DNA from: a virus
Lineage: Duplodnaviria; Caudoviricetes
Reading direction: 5' to 3' (one strand)
IMG/VR virus record: IMGVR_UViG_3300037483_000750
Coordinates: 6,940-70,939 of that record
Length of the DNA: 64,000 bases
The notes beneath the pieces were generated by a model. That model was not told where the DNA came from. It saw only the letters and a program-made list of their open reading frames with translations, and did not search any database. How positions within the stretch are numbered: the stretch's first letter is position 1; each line of letters opens with the position of its first letter. A program made the position numbers and the translations under genes. This document shows positions 44,696 to 53,486 of the stretch, piece by piece.

Positions 44696-45463
44696 ATGAA
44701 CGTCTGTGCACAATGTGGCGTCCCAATAGGCCCTCGGTCCCTTCATTGCCGCAGTTGTAGCGTCCGGCTTCAGTGGCAAGACGGTCGTGCGCGCCAGGTG
44801 AAGATTACAGCAATTCGTGAGGCACAACCACCGCGTCCTCGGCCGAATTGTTTTGACTGCGGTCGGCCTCTTTGTAGCCTTCACGCGCTTCGCTGTCTGT
44901 CCTGCTCTGCCAAATTCACGGCCCCTCGACGTGCCCGGCCCGGCCACACCGTCTCCGAGGCAACCCGTTCGGCCATACGTGTTGCCACCAATGAACTCCG
45001 GGCCGACCCCGCCTGGCGGTCCCGTTGGCTTGCGAGTATCAAGGCTAGAAGTGGGTCGGCCGAGTGGCGAGAGCGCCAGCGCCAAGGCAGCCAGAAACGC
45101 AGCCGCCGTTCCAAATGGCGGACCAACAATCTCAAATCGAACCGCCGTCTAGTCTCGTCTCCGGGCTGGCGGACCGCCATGGCCGAGCGTAACCCCTGCT
45201 GGCGGACAGCTGAGGGCCATCCAGCATGGAAGGGCGGAAGGACGAAGCACCGTCAGCAGGCCATGAACTCCACACGGTACAAACAGTGGCGTCAGGCTGT
45301 ATTCGCCCGGGATAACTGGACTTGTCAGTCCTGCTCACACCGTGGCGGCTTGCTCCACGCCCATCATATCCGGGGCTGGTCGTCCCACCCTGCGCTTCGC
45401 TATTTGGTTGACAACGGTCGTACCCTCTGCCGCACTTGCCACTTCGACGTTCACTGCAAGTAG
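44696..45463 (+). mobile_element. HNH endonuclease with Zn-finger repeats, inserted in opposite orientation
   Basis: CAQCG..CRSC and CFDCG..CLSC repeats; C-terminal WRQAVFARDNWTCQSC...LHAHHI...NGRTLCRTCH. Confidence 0.9.
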
Positions 45464-45470
45464 ACGCGGT

Positions 45471-45496
45471 CCCGCCCGGCGGCCAAGCCGGGCGGG
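45471..45496. terminator. 10-bp hairpin after the HNH gene
   Basis: CCCGCCCGGC-GGCCAA-GCCGGGCGGG; no U-tract. Confidence 0.45.
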
Positions 45497-45581
45497 CAGG
45501 AGGCCTCAGGCCATGCAGGACCGTTGGCGATGGCATGGTAGCACGCGTGCCGGTCGTCGTCAAGTCCGCCGCAACCGGTGG

Positions 45582-45620
45582 GGGAACGCGAAAAGACCCC
45601 GACGGTGGCTGTCCCGTCGG
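45582..45620 (-). terminator. Rho-independent terminator after the ParB-like cassette
   Basis: CCCCGACGG/CCGTCGGGG stem followed by TCTTTT. Confidence 0.7.
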
Positions 45621-45641
45621 GGCACGGCTCGGCCGCTTCAA

Positions 45642-46313
45642 TCAAGGGGCTGGCTGGAAAGTTAGCTTCTCGTTCCGCCGTATTGTCTGCCACAGGGTAC
45701 GAGCGTCAAATCTAACGGCGATTGCCTTCCACGCGCTCCCCTGTTGCCTCTGGCCTATCAGCCAATCCGCCAATTCGGCCATCCTCTCAGACATTCCGGC
45801 CGGTCCGTACTTCATGTGCACCGGAACATTCCCAGCAAGGTATCTGTCAAGCGCGCGGATGACGAGGAAAGTATTGAGCGAGGCTCCTGCTTCGCTGAAG
45901 GCGTTAAGCCTCTCACGGCCGAAGATGGTCTCATACCGCTCAAGCATCCGGCGTTGCCTGGGAGCGACGGCGTCCGGAGCTAGGAGATAAACCTGGAGAA
46001 CCTCCTGGCCGCTCGGGCGACGAGTGATGAACTGACGGCGATATACCTCTCCAAGAGTCAGCCCCTCTATCACGACGCACGGAACAGTCTCTAGTCCCGC
46101 TATCGTCGCCGCCGTCCACCTCCGATGACCATCGGCCACCTGGTAATGGCCGCCCCCCACCGGTACGACCATAAGCGGCGACAGGACACCAACCTTCTTG
46201 ATGTCAGCCACCAGTTCCGCCATGGTTGTAGCCTGTTTCGCATAACGGCTGACGGGATTGAAGCTCGAACCCTTGAGTTTCCGGGTGTCCACGGACAGGA
46301 ACCTAAGTGTCAT
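45642..46313 (-). CDS. ParB/Srx-domain protein (moron-like)
   Basis: FNP...LVADIKKVGVLSPLMV....YQVADGHRRW; AGGAGG RBS; lower GC. Confidence 0.8.
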   Translation of the reverse strand: MTLRFLSVDTRKLKGSSFNPVSRYAKQATTMAELVADIKKVGVLSPLMVVPVGGGHYQVADGHRRWTAATIAGLETVPCVVIEGLTLGEVYRRQFITRRPSGQEVLQVYLLAPDAVAPRQRRMLERYETIFGRERLNAFSEAGASLNTFLVIRALDRYLAGNVPVHMKYGPAGMSERMAELADWLIGQRQQGSAWKAIAVRFDARTLWQTIRRNEKLTFQPAP

Positions 46314-46361
46314 AGGGCAACTGGCCTCCTTCTTGAGTGGTCGAGATGACTGGCAAACCTG

Positions 46362-46390
46362 ACTGTAAGCTATTCGTTGGTCCTTGTCAA
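46362..46390 (-). promoter_or_regulatory. Sigma70-type promoter
   Basis: TTGACA (46390-46385), 17-nt spacer, TACAGT (46367-46362). Confidence 0.75.
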
Positions 46391-46406
46391 CTGCCCATGC
46401 CTGTCC

Positions 46407-46454
46407 GGGAACGCGAAAAGACCCGCCGGGCTCGGGCCCCGGCGGGTCTTTTCG
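46407..46454. terminator. Bidirectional terminator
   Basis: 17-bp perfect stem CGAAAAGACCCGCCGGG/CCCGGCGGGTCTTTTCG. Confidence 0.85.
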
Positions 46455-46544
46455 TACCTCTCCCCTGTCTCGGACTTTCAGGTTCACCCGCCGCGGCGGG
46501 TTGCCTTGCGCCGAGCACCAGCTCGTGCGGACGCCTCAGGGAAG

Positions 46545-46748
46545 CTACCTTCCGCGCTTCTTGTCGATGGCTTTTCCGAATTCCTTGCAGGCCTGTTCCC
46601 CGAAGTGCTCGGTGAGCTGCGTCCCGCTGTACCACCCGAGGTCGTTGAGCTTCCAGGTGATGTCGGCCAGCTCCACCGGTTGCTTCCGGCCGATATGCCC
46701 CAGGTGGAGGGCAACGATGTCGCTCTTGGCCGGTGCCTTGAAGTCCAT
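46545..46748 (-). CDS. Small hypothetical protein
   Basis: ATG 2 nt after the ASCH gene stop. Confidence 0.5.
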   Translation of the reverse strand: MDFKAPAKSDIVALHLGHIGRKQPVELADITWKLNDLGWYSGTQLTEHFGEQACKEFGKAIDKKRGR

Positions 46749-46750
46749 CG

Positions 46751-47089
46751 TCAGGATAGAGGCGTCTGGCTCTCCCTGCTGCCCTCCCTGATAGCGTCTC
46801 CGACCGTGATCTCCTGGAGCCTTTCCCGTCGGATGGCCATCAGCTGGAAACGCCCCAGGGCAGGCCTTCCTCGACCATCCTGGATGGCGTAGATGCCTCC
46901 CCGTCTCCATCGAACACGACCACTCGGCCGAAGAGGTGGCACCAGAACGGAATCTCCCGCTGGTTCCTTCTCTACCCAAACACCTGTCCCAGGTAGGGCA
47001 ATCAGTATCTCGCCCGGCTTCACCAGCCGGCGGGTCTGTGTCTTCCGGCCCTCGAGGACGGCCTGCGCGTGCTCCTTGGTGAATATCAA
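46751..47089 (-). CDS. ASCH domain protein
   Basis: MIF......VLEGRKTQTRR...ERLQEIT..DAIREG. Confidence 0.85.
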   Translation of the reverse strand: MIFTKEHAQAVLEGRKTQTRRLVKPGEILIALPGTGVWVEKEPAGDSVLVPPLRPSGRVRWRRGGIYAIQDGRGRPALGRFQLMAIRRERLQEITVGDAIREGSRESQTPLS

Positions 47090-47400
47090 ACCACGACCAC
47101 CCCGGAGAAGTCCACGCTCGTCACCCGCACCTTTCCGACTGGCGGGGCGAAGCCTTCCTGGTCGACCGCCCGCTGGAGCAATCTCAGGCCCCTCTTGGCC
47201 GCCTGCTCAACGGTCCCGGCCGCCACACAGATTGTCCGCTGCCGGTCGTAGCCCGACAGGCGGAACGTGCCGACCACATTCCAGGTCTGGTATCGTTTCA
47301 TCGCCTTATCCTCCCTCGTTCCCCGATGGTGCGGAGAACCTTGGCCTGCTGTAGCTAGAGCAAGCATCCGGATGTTACTTTCGCGAGACCACTTCTTCAT
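47086..47400 (-). CDS. Hypothetical protein
   Basis: Overlaps on both sides. Confidence 0.45.
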   Translation of the reverse strand: MKKWSRESNIRMLALATAGQGSPHHRGTREDKAMKRYQTWNVVGTFRLSGYDRQRTICVAAGTVEQAAKRGLRLLQRAVDQEGFAPPVGKVRVTSVDFSGVVVV

Positions 47401-48188
47401 CCGTCCGCCCTCAATGCCAGGACAAATCTCGCCTGCGAGTACCAAGGCACATTGGGCGTGCTCCGGTCGCCGAGGGGCCGACCGCAGAACACCACCAGCA
47501 GAAACCTGTCCCCACTCAGGACACTGTCAAAGTAGGCGGCCGGGTACAGGCTCGAAACGTAGGCGGGCACATCCATCCAGCTCTGCTCGAGGCCATCGAC
47601 CTCTTCCGGTGTCAATCTCGCGGCGGCCGTCAGCGTCGCCGCTTGGGTCGTTCCGCCTTCGGTCACCGCCGCCGGCTCTCCGATGAGCCCCCCCACCATT
47701 CCGCCGACCATGTCGCTGGGCCTGACTTCGCTGTAGGGACCCAGCTCAAAGGCGTTTCGCATCTCGGTGAACGCCATCCCCCCGCCGGCGTGAACCCACA
47801 CCACCGTCCGACCCTGGCGGTCCTCGTAGGCGATGCCGATGTCGTCGTCCAGCAGACCGTCCTTCCCGATGCCGGGATACCACCGTATGACGAACAGGGG
47901 TTCCATCTCCAGCACCGTTCCGGGCGTCTCGGGGTCCGGCATGGAGAAGTCCATCCACGTTCCCTTGGCCGCCAGGCGCAAACTGCCGAAGTGCAGGTCA
48001 GGGTCCGGAACGGGCGTCGGCTCGCGTGTCGGCTCCGGTGTGCCTGGGCCAACTGTCGGCAGGACCTGCGTCGGGATTGCCTTGGGTGGCGGGCCAGGCG
48101 CGAACAGGAATGCCGGAAGCGCCGGCGGCGGGGGTTCCGCCACCGCCAGCATGAAGCCGAACCAGAGAAGGACGATGGTCTGCTTCAT
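47397..48188 (-). CDS. Putative sortase-fold secreted protein
   Basis: Signal sequence and Pro-rich linker, then His (VWVHAG....F), Cys (LLVVFCG) and Arg (ARFVL) in sortase order. Confidence 0.5.
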   Translation of the reverse strand: MKQTIVLLWFGFMLAVAEPPPPALPAFLFAPGPPPKAIPTQVLPTVGPGTPEPTREPTPVPDPDLHFGSLRLAAKGTWMDFSMPDPETPGTVLEMEPLFVIRWYPGIGKDGLLDDDIGIAYEDRQGRTVVWVHAGGGMAFTEMRNAFELGPYSEVRPSDMVGGMVGGLIGEPAAVTEGGTTQAATLTAAARLTPEEVDGLEQSWMDVPAYVSSLYPAAYFDSVLSGDRFLLVVFCGRPLGDRSTPNVPWYSQARFVLALRADG

Positions 48189-48904
48189 TCCTCGGGCTTT
48201 GCCCAGGCTCCTGTGTAGCGGTCCCGGAACTCCTTCATCACCTCGACGCCCAGCGGCCCCACCCGTACGTATCCTTCCCTGGCTGGCGGCAGTTCGCCAT
48301 CTACCAGTATCGGAGCTTCAGGGGTTGCCTCTGGCTCTGGTAGCGGCGGCGGCACCGCCCTGCGGAGCCTCTCAGCGATTGCCTTGCTCCGCACGAGAGA
48401 TTCCGCTGGCTCCAACTCGTGGTGGTTCTCCGGCTGGGTCGCCACCTTCAGCAAGGCGTTCAGCTGTCGTTGGTCTGCGATCAGTTCGACCAGCTTCGTC
48501 CGGCCATGTTGCAGAACTTCCAGGCTCCCCTGCGGTGTGTAGCGCCTCCACCGCCAAAGGAATTCCCGGATGGCCCGGCGTAGCGGCGCTTCGAAATGCA
48601 GCCAAACCAAGGCCTCGAAGACATCCATCCCTCCGCCCTTCTCCCTGCGCTCGAGGTAAATCTGGTTGACGTGCGCGTACCACGCGCTCGGTGGGTCAAT
48701 CCAGTTGTAAAGGACGACCGCGGCCCTCTCGGTCTTCACCAGTTGCGCCTGGATGTCCCGGTTCAACGATGTCACCCTGAGCTCCCGGCCAGCGAGCACC
48801 TCCCGGTAGACCTTCAAGAGGGCTCCCGTCTCAGCCTGGAGGCTCTCGCTGGTCTTCTTCTCGAACCGAACCTGCAGCCAAAATTGCTGACGTCGCTCCA
48901 TCAT
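48185..48904 (-). CDS. Hypothetical helical protein
   Basis: ATGA overlap with the TadE-like stop; GGAGG upstream. Confidence 0.55.
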   Translation of the reverse strand: MMERRQQFWLQVRFEKKTSESLQAETGALLKVYREVLAGRELRVTSLNRDIQAQLVKTERAAVVLYNWIDPPSAWYAHVNQIYLERREKGGGMDVFEALVWLHFEAPLRRAIREFLWRWRRYTPQGSLEVLQHGRTKLVELIADQRQLNALLKVATQPENHHELEPAESLVRSKAIAERLRRAVPPPLPEPEATPEAPILVDGELPPAREGYVRVGPLGVEVMKEFRDRYTGAWAKPEE

Positions 48905-49323
48905 CGGTACTGGTCCTCCGTCGAAACGCTCATCGGCCAGGGGGTTGTCGTGTCCTTCGGTGGCCACCCGAATCCCCCCCAAAAGAGCGGGGTGTACATG
49001 AGATTGATGGTCACTTCGAGTGGCGTCCGCACTGGGATGGTGGTCTGAGGGGACCAATCGCAGATGTCCGGGATGGCCACCGTGTAGGTCGCGCTGAATA
49101 GCTCCGTCGTTCCGATGGCGTTCAGCACGTCTCCTCGACAAGTCCTGGTCCCATCCGGCTTGTAGATGGCGGCCGCCCTGGCTCCCTTGGCCGACAGCAG
49201 CTTCGCCCCCATCCAGTCGAACAGGAATGGCCCGAGGTCGATCATCCCGAGCACGATGACAATCATGACGATCATCGGCAGGACAAACTCCACCATGCCC
49301 TGGCCGCGCTCGCTGGTCTTCAC
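48901..49323 (-). CDS. TadE-like minor pilin
   Basis: Prepilin motif ERGQGMVEFVL, hydrophobic helix, then AKGARAAAI. Confidence 0.88.
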   Translation of the reverse strand: MKTSERGQGMVEFVLPMIVMIVIVLGMIDLGPFLFDWMGAKLLSAKGARAAAIYKPDGTRTCRGDVLNAIGTTELFSATYTVAIPDICDWSPQTTIPVRTPLEVTINLMYTPLFWGGFGWPPKDTTTPWPMSVSTEDQYR

Positions 49324-49676
49324 AGTGCCCCCAGCGATGCACCGATGGCCAGCATCCCGACGAGGATGAGGATGACGGCGAAGGCCACGAACAGCAGGCC
49401 CTTCCACTCCCGCACGTCTGCCTTCAGGTCGATGATCTGGCGCTCGAGCGCGTCCATCTCGTCGGCCTCCGTGTTTTCGGCCCCGTCCACCGTTCCCTCG
49501 AGTATCCTTCTGCGCTCGGCCAAGGCGGCCGCGAGAGCATCCCACGGGCGGGGCATCAGCTGGAGCAGGTCGAAGAAGTGGGCCTCAGCAGCGGCCAACT
49601 GGAGCTGCTGCATCCGCTCGGCGGTCATAGGCGGAACCGGCTCACTCAGGTAACTCAGGTCTTCTCGAATCGGCAT
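49320..49676 (-). CDS. Coiled-coil protein with C-terminal TM
   Basis: GGAGG RBS; GTGA overlap with the TadE-like gene. Confidence 0.6.
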   Translation of the reverse strand: MPIREDLSYLSEPVPPMTAERMQQLQLAAAEAHFFDLLQLMPRPWDALAAALAERRRILEGTVDGAENTEADEMDALERQIIDLKADVREWKGLLFVAFAVILILVGMLAIGASLGAL

Positions 49677-49692
49677 TTGTGGCCTCCTTCGT

Positions 49693-50700
49693 TCAGGGCG
49701 TGCCGTACCAATCCCACGGCACAACGCGGCTCGTGTAGCCCTCGATGTCCTCGGGGCTGTCGTATGGGCCTCCTACGAACTTCGCCCACAGCGTGTTGGG
49801 TTCAATCTCCGTGATCTCCGCCAGCGCGTAGTAGATGATCTCGACGTTGTCCCAATTGCCATACCCCGGGTCTGGCTTGTAGAGTTCTCCCGGGTAGACC
49901 AGCACAATCAGCCGGTCGCCCACGTCGTACCGCTCGTCCGCTGTCTGCACCAGGAAGTTGTTGCTCACCCCCGAAACCGCTGGCAGGTGCATCCCGATGG
50001 GTGGGAGGACCATGCCTGCTGTTCCCAGGATGGTCTCCTGAACGAGGTCCTTGAGCGAGTTGCTGCTGGGCGAATCGGTCAGCGGTTCGAAGAAGACCGG
50101 GGCTGAGCAGTTGCTGTCCGGGATGCCGGCGCTGTCGACGCACCAAATGTGGAGCAACACGGCCCCGCCGTAGTCGTTCCCGGTGTAAGTAACCGCCGCC
50201 GCTCCCTGACCGACGATGGGGAAAGCCTCGTCCGGAAACTGCTGGAGACCACGCATGACCCATGGCTCCTGCACCGCGAAGGGAGAGAGGTCGATGGTCC
50301 GATACTCGCAACGGGTGCGAACGGCGATGCTCCCGCCCCTGAAGCCCAAGAACTGCGCCAAGTAGAATTCGTGCGGCCCCGATAGGCCCGCCAGGAGGGT
50401 GTTGTGGGAGCCCCATCCGATGCCCTTGATGGGGAACTGGTCTGCCCCAAGCGTGTAGGGTTCATAGTATTCCGTCGGTTCCCCGTTGGCCTGGAGACTG
50501 GCTGCGAATAGCGCCGCTGGCGACAGCCCTGCGATGGGCCCCATGGCCGCCGCCTCGCAGGCTGCGTCGATGTCCTCCGTGAGCCTGGCGTAGTGCCCGA
50601 TGTACATCCCCCCATCCGACACCAGCGACAGTATCGCCAGCAGTGCCAGCAGTACACCGATGAATAGGACTAGGCTCTGGCCTCGCTCTCTGTTCCTCAT
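49693..50700 (-). CDS. TadG-like minor pilin
   Basis: ERGQSLVLF + TM + SDGG....ARL..DIDAACEAAA (Tad N-terminal motif). Confidence 0.85.
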   Translation of the reverse strand: MRNRERGQSLVLFIGVLLALLAILSLVSDGGMYIGHYARLTEDIDAACEAAAMGPIAGLSPAALFAASLQANGEPTEYYEPYTLGADQFPIKGIGWGSHNTLLAGLSGPHEFYLAQFLGFRGGSIAVRTRCEYRTIDLSPFAVQEPWVMRGLQQFPDEAFPIVGQGAAAVTYTGNDYGGAVLLHIWCVDSAGIPDSNCSAPVFFEPLTDSPSSNSLKDLVQETILGTAGMVLPPIGMHLPAVSGVSNNFLVQTADERYDVGDRLIVLVYPGELYKPDPGYGNWDNVEIIYYALAEITEIEPNTLWAKFVGGPYDSPEDIEGYTSRVVPWDWYGTP

Positions 50701-51362
50701 GCCTTCTCCTTTCCTGGTTCTTTAGAGTTTCCGAGTGTCTGCGTCGAAGCCTCAGCCGATTCGGTCTGGACTTCATTCCCTGTCGGAACGGGCCGCGAGA
50801 GCGCCTTCGTTGCGATGGCCTTCATGTCCTCAATGGTGTTTGAAGCGTGTGTCAGCGGGTCTCGGGAGAAACGCCCCTCGCCCTTAGAGATTTGCTCCAG
50901 AGCCAACCGCAACTTCGCCACCTCGGCCTTCCAGGCCACCACGGTCTTCCGGGCGTCGGAGGCCGACACAAGTTCAACAACATCCCCGGCGCTGTAGCCC
51001 AGCACCGAAGCTCCAGGGCGGCTACTTGTTGCACCATCTGGCGGCTCCGGGGCGGCCAACGCGGCTTCCTGCTCTTCAATCAGACGTGCCAGGTCATTCG
51101 ACAGGGCGCGCCACTCTTCGTTGGGGTCGGACGTTTTCTCTCCGCGCAAGGTCATGCCCAGACAAGCGGCAAGGCGAGCCAGCGTCTTCACCCGCTCCTG
51201 CGAGGCGGCGAGGGCCTTCCAAAGATACAGGATGGCCCGCTCCGACCGTGATTGTGGACCGCGTCCCGGCTCGAAGCCCCAACGCTTCTCGATGCCCTCG
51301 GCGTCCCAGCGAAACTCCTCCAGGGGGTTCTTGGATGGTGATGCGTCCGTCTGTTGGTTCAC
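50697..51362 (-). CDS. Hypothetical coiled-coil protein
   Basis: GGAGGGG RBS; GTGA overlap. Confidence 0.55.
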   Translation of the reverse strand: MNQQTDASPSKNPLEEFRWDAEGIEKRWGFEPGRGPQSRSERAILYLWKALAASQERVKTLARLAACLGMTLRGEKTSDPNEEWRALSNDLARLIEEQEAALAAPEPPDGATSSRPGASVLGYSAGDVVELVSASDARKTVVAWKAEVAKLRLALEQISKGEGRFSRDPLTHASNTIEDMKAIATKALSRPVPTGNEVQTESAEASTQTLGNSKEPGKEKA

Positions 51363-51565
51363 GTCCCCTCCTCCCCCGGCTCCGGGATTTCTCGCACTTG
51401 ATCGGACGTCACGAAGCAGGCGTCCGCCCCATGCCGACACGACATAAGTCGAATCTTCATCATCTTGCCGCCGCCCGAGAACGTGATCGTTTCGCCGGTC
51501 ATTTTTCCCACCTCGGGGTAATGCGGGTGGTCCGGGTCCACGATGCGAACGTAGGGATAAGTCAC
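51359..51565 (-). CDS. Small hypothetical protein
   Basis: Overlaps on both sides. Confidence 0.5.
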   Translation of the reverse strand: MTYPYVRIVDPDHPHYPEVGKMTGETITFSGGGKMMKIRLMSCRHGADACFVTSDQVREIPEPGEEGT

Positions 51566-52890
51566 CCCTGTTCCTCCCCCGGCGGCTCCGAGGCGGCTTT
51601 CAATGCCTCGTCAATGCCAGCGAGCAGCTCATCCGCAAGGTACCAGTGCATGACCCCATCCCCCCCCTCGAGCTTGTCGGGGTCCGTCCCGAGCTGCGAG
51701 CACTGAACGCTGTACAGCGCCCTCTTCTCGCTCTCGGCATAGACCTCCGCCGTCAGCGTCTTGCCGGTGCCTGGCATCCCGCACAACAGGACCACCGCAC
51801 CTCCACTCTTACCTGCGACGATGTCCTGGAATGCTCCGCCCTGTGTGTCGATGAGCAGCTTGACGAGCGCCTTCTGGTCCGCTGGCAGGATGAGCTTCTC
51901 GGCGAGCTGCTCGTCGTAGATGTATTCCTCGAGCTGGCGGACGTGCGCCTTTAGCCGCCGGTGTTTGGCTAGGTGGAAGATGACGCACCAAGGATGGATG
52001 GGAATCTCAATCTCCGGTCGCTCGAGTTCGGTGTCCTCGCTGATGGGCGAGTCGTCCTCGTCCTCCTCGCCGTCATACGCATCGCCGTTGGCCACGTTCG
52101 CCCAATACCATTCGTACACGGACACATGGCGGTCCTTTTCGGCTTCGCCTTCCCAAAAGATATCGATGACCACTCGGCTCGGGTCTCCGTCTCGGTCGAG
52201 CTGGACATCAGTTCGTCTCTCCCATCGGACGCCCTCGTGGGAGAAGGCTCGCCCCCGACCCCAATATTGTTTCCCAACGACACCGGCCACCACATCGTAG
52301 ATGGCCATGTCGGACAGGTACTGAGCCCGCAGCTCGTCATCCTCGGGCTGGTAGCCCTTGTCGGCCAGAGCAGTTGCCACCGGGATGTTCCGACAGTCCT
52401 CGGCCTCGAACGTTTCGGATGTCTGCTGTCGGCCGCCTAATTCCTCATAGACAAGCTGCATCTCCACGTAGGCTGGGTGTTTGTAGTCTCCGCGCTCGGA
52501 TGGCGGGGTGTACTCAATCTTCCTGACGTAGTAGGCCAGCAGCGCGCCTTCCTCGTGGCGCTTGTAAACCCGGTGGCCTGGCACCTTCAGGAGGTACTGC
52601 TTGAGCAGCGCTTCGAACTGGCGGACCGTCCGCGCCTTCTGCTGTGCTGCGCCCTCTTCGAGCGCCCGTCGCCAGGCCTGCACATCGTGGATGAGCACGC
52701 CCGCTCCCCGGACATTCTTGAATGTCGTCAGTAAAGCCTCGAGGTCCTCCAGGCGCTTCTTTGACAGCTTCGCCAGGTCTATCTCCTGGCTCTCCCTCCA
52801 GGTCTCCCATGACTTCCGGCTCACCCCAAACTTCTCGAGCGAGTCGTAGCCGAACTTCCTGGCGACCTCCTTCTTGATGATGAGTTTCAT
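51562..52890 (-). CDS. AAA+ ATPase-related protein, truncated after Walker A
   Basis: DIVAGKSGGAVVLLCGMPGTGKTLTAE...LYSVQCSQLG; no Walker B or sensor region before the stop. Confidence 0.75.
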   Translation of the reverse strand: MKLIIKKEVARKFGYDSLEKFGVSRKSWETWRESQEIDLAKLSKKRLEDLEALLTTFKNVRGAGVLIHDVQAWRRALEEGAAQQKARTVRQFEALLKQYLLKVPGHRVYKRHEEGALLAYYVRKIEYTPPSERGDYKHPAYVEMQLVYEELGGRQQTSETFEAEDCRNIPVATALADKGYQPEDDELRAQYLSDMAIYDVVAGVVGKQYWGRGRAFSHEGVRWERRTDVQLDRDGDPSRVVIDIFWEGEAEKDRHVSVYEWYWANVANGDAYDGEEDEDDSPISEDTELERPEIEIPIHPWCVIFHLAKHRRLKAHVRQLEEYIYDEQLAEKLILPADQKALVKLLIDTQGGAFQDIVAGKSGGAVVLLCGMPGTGKTLTAEVYAESEKRALYSVQCSQLGTDPDKLEGGDGVMHWYLADELLAGIDEALKAASEPPGEEQG

Positions 52891-53204
52891 GTTCGCGCCT
52901 CGGGTGGCGCGGCTGCTTCGGACTCAGCGCATTGGCCCCGAATCCTGCGGGCCTTCGCCCGGGCGACCTCGAGGGTCATATCTCCGGAAAATGCGATGTC
53001 GGCCAGAGCGCCCATCAGTACCTCCACCTGATTGCGGAGGCCAGCGGCATCCGTCACAGCCTGCAGGACTTGGCCCACGTCCCACTTCCGCCCGCAGTCT
53101 TCGCAGACTGCTCCCCACATCGTCACCTGAATGGCTATGACAGTTGTGATGGCGGAAATCTCTGGCTGGAGCCGCAGATGCTGGCAATCGGCCTGGTTCA
53201 GCAT
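52887..53204 (-). CDS. Hypothetical protein with CxxC
   Basis: CEDC motif; coupled by overlaps. Confidence 0.5.
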   Translation of the reverse strand: MLNQADCQHLRLQPEISAITTVIAIQVTMWGAVCEDCGRKWDVGQVLQAVTDAAGLRNQVEVLMGALADIAFSGDMTLEVARAKARRIRGQCAESEAAAPPEART

Positions 53205-53422
53205 GCGAGCAACCAGTGCTGCTTGTCGGGGTCTTCAAGGCACTGCGCTGGGATTGGATGCCCGTCTGCGGTCACCTTCTGCTCAGCGACCGTCCAGGGG
53301 CTCGCAATTCCGGTCGGGCTGTCGATGTTCGCCCAGGCGACAACCTCTTCGGCCATTGCAGTCTTCGGCGCGCAGACAATCAGATGCGCGAAGCCAACTA
53401 TCCGTGAAGTCATTTCTGCCAT
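53198..53422 (-). CDS. Small hypothetical protein
   Basis: AGGAGG RBS. Confidence 0.55.
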   Translation of the reverse strand: MAEMTSRIVGFAHLIVCAPKTAMAEEVVAWANIDSPTGIASPWTVAEQKVTADGHPIPAQCLEDPDKQHWLLAC

Positions 53423-53486
53423 GCTCGTCCTCCTCGCTTTCCCCTGGTCCGGTGACCAGGGGAAAAGATGAAGGTCGAACTCGTTC

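Noticed and set aside
43868-46313. ParABS partition system
   Set aside because: Only ParB/Srx N-terminal domains are present; no ParA or parS-like palindromes were seen, and one gene is coupled to a DNA methyltransferase.
48185-49342. 385-aa ORF as listed in the track
   Set aside because: Its N-terminal part overlaps the TadE-like gene out of frame; the supported start is at 48904.
51562-52890. TadA pilus ATPase to go with TadE/TadG
   Set aside because: The motif context is AAA+ (GxPGTGKTLTAE), not secretion-ATPase type, and the protein is truncated.
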